This document shows positions 61,175-64,000 of a stretch of 64,000 nt of DNA, piece after piece; the stretch's first letter is position 1; each line of letters begins with the position of its first letter. Source of the stretch: an uncultured Aliarcobacter sp. (lineage in GTDB: Bacteria > Campylobacterota > Campylobacteria > Campylobacterales > Arcobacteraceae). Where the stretch lies: NCBI GenBank assembly GCA_963677435.1, contig OY781945.1:224001-288000 (forward strand). The letters run 5' to 3'. Under the pieces are notes generated by a model. The model saw only the letters and a program-made list of their open reading frames with translations, did no database searches and was not told where the DNA came from. Made by a program: the position numbers and the translations under genes.

Positions 61175-61188
61175 GCTACTTTTTCTTT
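61163..61188 (+). terminator. Internal terminator-like hairpin before nifD
   Basis: AAAGTAGC-gtaa-GCTACTTT followed by TTCTTT. Confidence 0.6.
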
Positions 61189-61201
61189 AAAGGAGAAAAT
61201 T

Positions 61202-62659
61202 ATGGGACCAGAAACATTAGAAAGCCTACAAAAAGAGGCAATAGCTGAAGTACTAGAAGCATATCCAGACAAAGCTAAAAAAAGTAGGGCAAAACATTTA
61301 GGTGTAGATTCACCTGAAACAGGAAAAGGTTCTTGTGATACAACAAGAAGTAACAAACAAACAGTACCAGGTGTAATGTCACAAAGAGGTTGTGCATATG
61401 CGGGTTCTAAAGGGGTTGTTTGGGGACCAATTAAAGATATGATTCATATCTCTCATGGACCAATTGGATGTGGACAATATTCAAGAGGTGGTAGAAGAAA
61501 TTATTATATTGGAACAACAGGTGTTGACACTTTTGTTACTATGAATTTTTCTACAGATTTTAATGAAAAAGATATTGTATTTGGTGGAGATAAAAAACTT
61601 AAAAAAGCTCTTGAAGAGATTGATGAGTTATTCCCATTAAATAATGGAATTTCTGTTCAATCAGAGTGTCCAATCGGATTAATTGGGGACGATATTCATG
61701 CAGTTGCAAAAATGCATAAAAAAGAAACAGGTCATCAAACGATTGCAGTTTCATGTGAAGGATTTAGAGGGGTTTCACAATCACTTGGTCACCACATTGC
61801 AAACGATATGATTAGAGATTATATCATGCCAGATACTTCTTATAGAAAAGATTTCGAATCAACTCCTTATGATGTATCAATTATTGGGGATTACAACATC
61901 GGTGGAGATGCTTGGTCAACAAGAATTATTTTAGAAGAAATGGGTTTAAGAGTTATTGCTCAATGGTCTGGGGATGCTACTTATAAAGAGTTAGCTATTG
62001 CTCCTCAATCAAAATTAAACCTATTACATTGCTATAGATCTATGAACTATATTGCTAGACATATGGAACAAGAGTTCAATGTGCCTTGGATGGAATATAA
62101 CTTCTTTGGACCTACAAAAACAACTGAGAGTTTAAGAAAAATTGCTTCATTCTTTGATGAAACAATTCAAGCAAAAACTGAAGCTGTTATTGCTAAATAT
62201 ACTGCTATGACTGATGCTGTTATTGCAAAATACAGACCAATGTTAGAGGGTAAAAAAGTTATGCTTTATGTTGGTGGATTAAGACCAAGACACGTTATTG
62301 GAGCTTATGAAGATTTAGGAATGGAAGTAATCGGAACAGGTTATGAATTCGGACATGGGGATGATTATAAAAGAACTAAAGACGAGATTGAAAGATCTAC
62401 TTTAATTTATGATGATGCTAATGAGTATGAATTAGAAGCATTCGTTAAAAAATTAAGACCAGACTTAGTTGCTGCTGGGGTTAAAGAGAAATATGTATTC
62501 CAAAAAATGGGATTACCATTCAGACAAATGCACTCATGGGATTACAGTGGTCCTTATCATGGATATGACGCTTTTGCAATTTTTGCAAAAGATATGGATT
62601 TAGCAATAAATTCACCAGTATGGAACCACACAAAAGCTCCATGGGAAAAAGAAGCGTAA
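61202..62659 (+). CDS. nifD: Nitrogenase MoFe protein alpha chain
   Basis: [29 protein letters not shown]. Confidence 0.99.
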   Translation: MGPETLESLQKEAIAEVLEAYPDKAKKSRAKHLGVDSPETGKGSCDTTRSNKQTVPGVMSQRGCAYAGSKGVVWGPIKDMIHISHGPIGCGQYSRGGRRNYYIGTTGVDTFVTMNFSTDFNEKDIVFGGDKKLKKALEEIDELFPLNNGISVQSECPIGLIGDDIHAVAKMHKKETGHQTIAVSCEGFRGVSQSLGHHIANDMIRDYIMPDTSYRKDFESTPYDVSIIGDYNIGGDAWSTRIILEEMGLRVIAQWSGDATYKELAIAPQSKLNLLHCYRSMNYIARHMEQEFNVPWMEYNFFGPTKTTESLRKIASFFDETIQAKTEAVIAKYTAMTDAVIAKYRPMLEGKKVMLYVGGLRPRHVIGAYEDLGMEVIGTGYEFGHGDDYKRTKDEIERSTLIYDDANEYELEAFVKKLRPDLVAAGVKEKYVFQKMGLPFRQMHSWDYSGPYHGYDAFAIFAKDMDLAINSPVWNHTKAPWEKEA

Positions 62660-62669
62660 GGAGAAGGCT

Positions 62670-64000
62670 ATGCAAGATTTAGATAATATAGTAAACGGAC
62701 AAAAACTTTTTTTAAAGCCTGAATACCAAGAAGTTTTAAAAAATAAAAAACAATTTGAGAGTGCTACTGGTGCAACATCACCTGAGAAAGTTGCAGAAAT
62801 TGCAGAATGGACAAAATCTTGGGATTATAGAGAAAAGAATCTTGCAAGAGAAGCTATCACTGTAAATCCAGCAAAAGCATGTCAACCTTTAGGTGCTGTA
62901 ATGGTAGGACTTGGTTTTGAAAACACTATGCCTTATGTTCATGGATCTCATGGATGTGTTGCATATTTTAGAACTTATTTCACTAGACACTTTAAAGAAC
63001 CAACTCCTTGTGTTTCTGATTCAATGAGTGAATCAGCAGCGGTATTTGGTGGACTTGCAAATATGAAAGATGGTTTAAGAAACTGTAATGCTTTATATAA
63101 ACCTGAAATGATTTCTGTAAGTACAACTTGTATGGCAGAAGTTATCGGTGATGACTTAAATGCATTCGTAATTGGTGCAAGAGATGATGCTGAGGGTGAT
63201 TTAGATAATACTCTTATTACTCATGCACATACTCCTTCTTTTGTTGGGTCACATATTACAGGTTATGATAATATGATGAAATCAACTTTAGAGCAATTAT
63301 CGGAAGGTGTTGAAAAATCAGTTGATGAAGAGAGAATTAACATAATTCCTGGATTTGAACCTTATTTAGGGTCATTAAAAGAAATTAAAAAAATCTCTAA
63401 AATGTTTGGTGATAAAATCATCATGATTGGTGACCATGAAGAACAATGGGACACAGGAGCTGGAGAGTATAAATTATATGCTGGTGGAACAAAAATAACT
63501 GATGCAAAAACTGCTATTAATGCAAAAGCAACTATAAGTTTACAAAAATATTCTTCAATTTTAACAGCTAAAACTATTAAAAACAAATGGAAACAAACTT
63601 ATGCTACTTGTAATCCAATCGGATTAAGTGGAACAGATGGTTTTGTTATGAAATTAGCAGAATTAACTGGAAAAGAAGTTCCTGAAGAATTAAAACAACA
63701 AAGAGCTAAACTTGTTGATGCAATGCAAGATTCTTATCCATATATGCATGGTAAAAAAATTGCTATCTGGGGAGATCCTGACTTCTTATTAGGAATGGTT
63801 TCATTCTTAGTTGAAATGGGTTCAGTTCCAACTCACATTGTGTGTAATAATGCACCAAGAAAAGGTTGGGAAGAAGATATGAAAGAGATTTTAGCAAAAT
63901 CTGCAAGAGCTGCTGAATGTAATATTTGGGGTGGGAAAGATTTATGGCACCTTAGAAGTTTATTATTCACAGAACCAGTTGACTTTATGATTGGAAATGT
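62670..64000 (+). CDS. nifK: Nitrogenase MoFe protein beta chain (runs off window)
   Basis: Read from ATG 62670: MQDLDN...VNPAKACQPLGA, HGSHGCVAYFR, TTCMAEVIGDD; missing from the ORF track because it has no stop in the window. Confidence 0.97.
   Translation, partial: MQDLDNIVNGQKLFLKPEYQEVLKNKKQFESATGATSPEKVAEIAEWTKSWDYREKNLAREAITVNPAKACQPLGAVMVGLGFENTMPYVHGSHGCVAYFRTYFTRHFKEPTPCVSDSMSESAAVFGGLANMKDGLRNCNALYKPEMISVSTTCMAEVIGDDLNAFVIGARDDAEGDLDNTLITHAHTPSFVGSHITGYDNMMKSTLEQLSEGVEKSVDEERINIIPGFEPYLGSLKEIKKISKMFGDKIIMIGDHEEQWDTGAGEYKLYAGGTKITDAKTAINAKATISLQKYSSILTAKTIKNKWKQTYATCNPIGLSGTDGFVMKLAELTGKEVPEELKQQRAKLVDAMQDSYPYMHGKKIAIWGDPDFLLGMVSFLVEMGSVPTHIVCNNAPRKGWEEDMKEILAKSARAAECNIWGGKDLWHLRSLLFTEPVDFMIGN

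Overview
AT-rich Campylobacterota chromosome segment, most like Arcobacteraceae by gene content and protein style. Positions 1-29.5 kb hold mostly housekeeping and metabolic genes: a TRAP transporter plus Fe-S D-lactate dehydrogenase, gatB, gpsA, hcp, nrdAB, purB and an RluA-family synthase. Behind nrdB sits a putative abortive-infection gene bracketed by two structured palindromic elements, one ERIC-like, and the adjacent 3' third of nrdB shows a synonymous T-to-C shift. Positions 29.5-64 kb are a Mo-nitrogenase island (nifQ, V, B, E, N, X, W, Z, flavodoxin, H, D, partial K) with its own rpoN. Eight GGAA(C/T)-type -24/-12 promoters are visible, two pairs of them back-to-back. Unusual accessory genes include an FeSII (Shethna)-like protein that has lost three of four cluster cysteines, a HicB-Sel1-NifU_C fusion, two Tpx-like proteins without the catalytic site, LRR and ankyrin proteins, and an unknown 119-aa gene between nifH and nifD. 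All calls are by-eye motif recognition; no searches were run.
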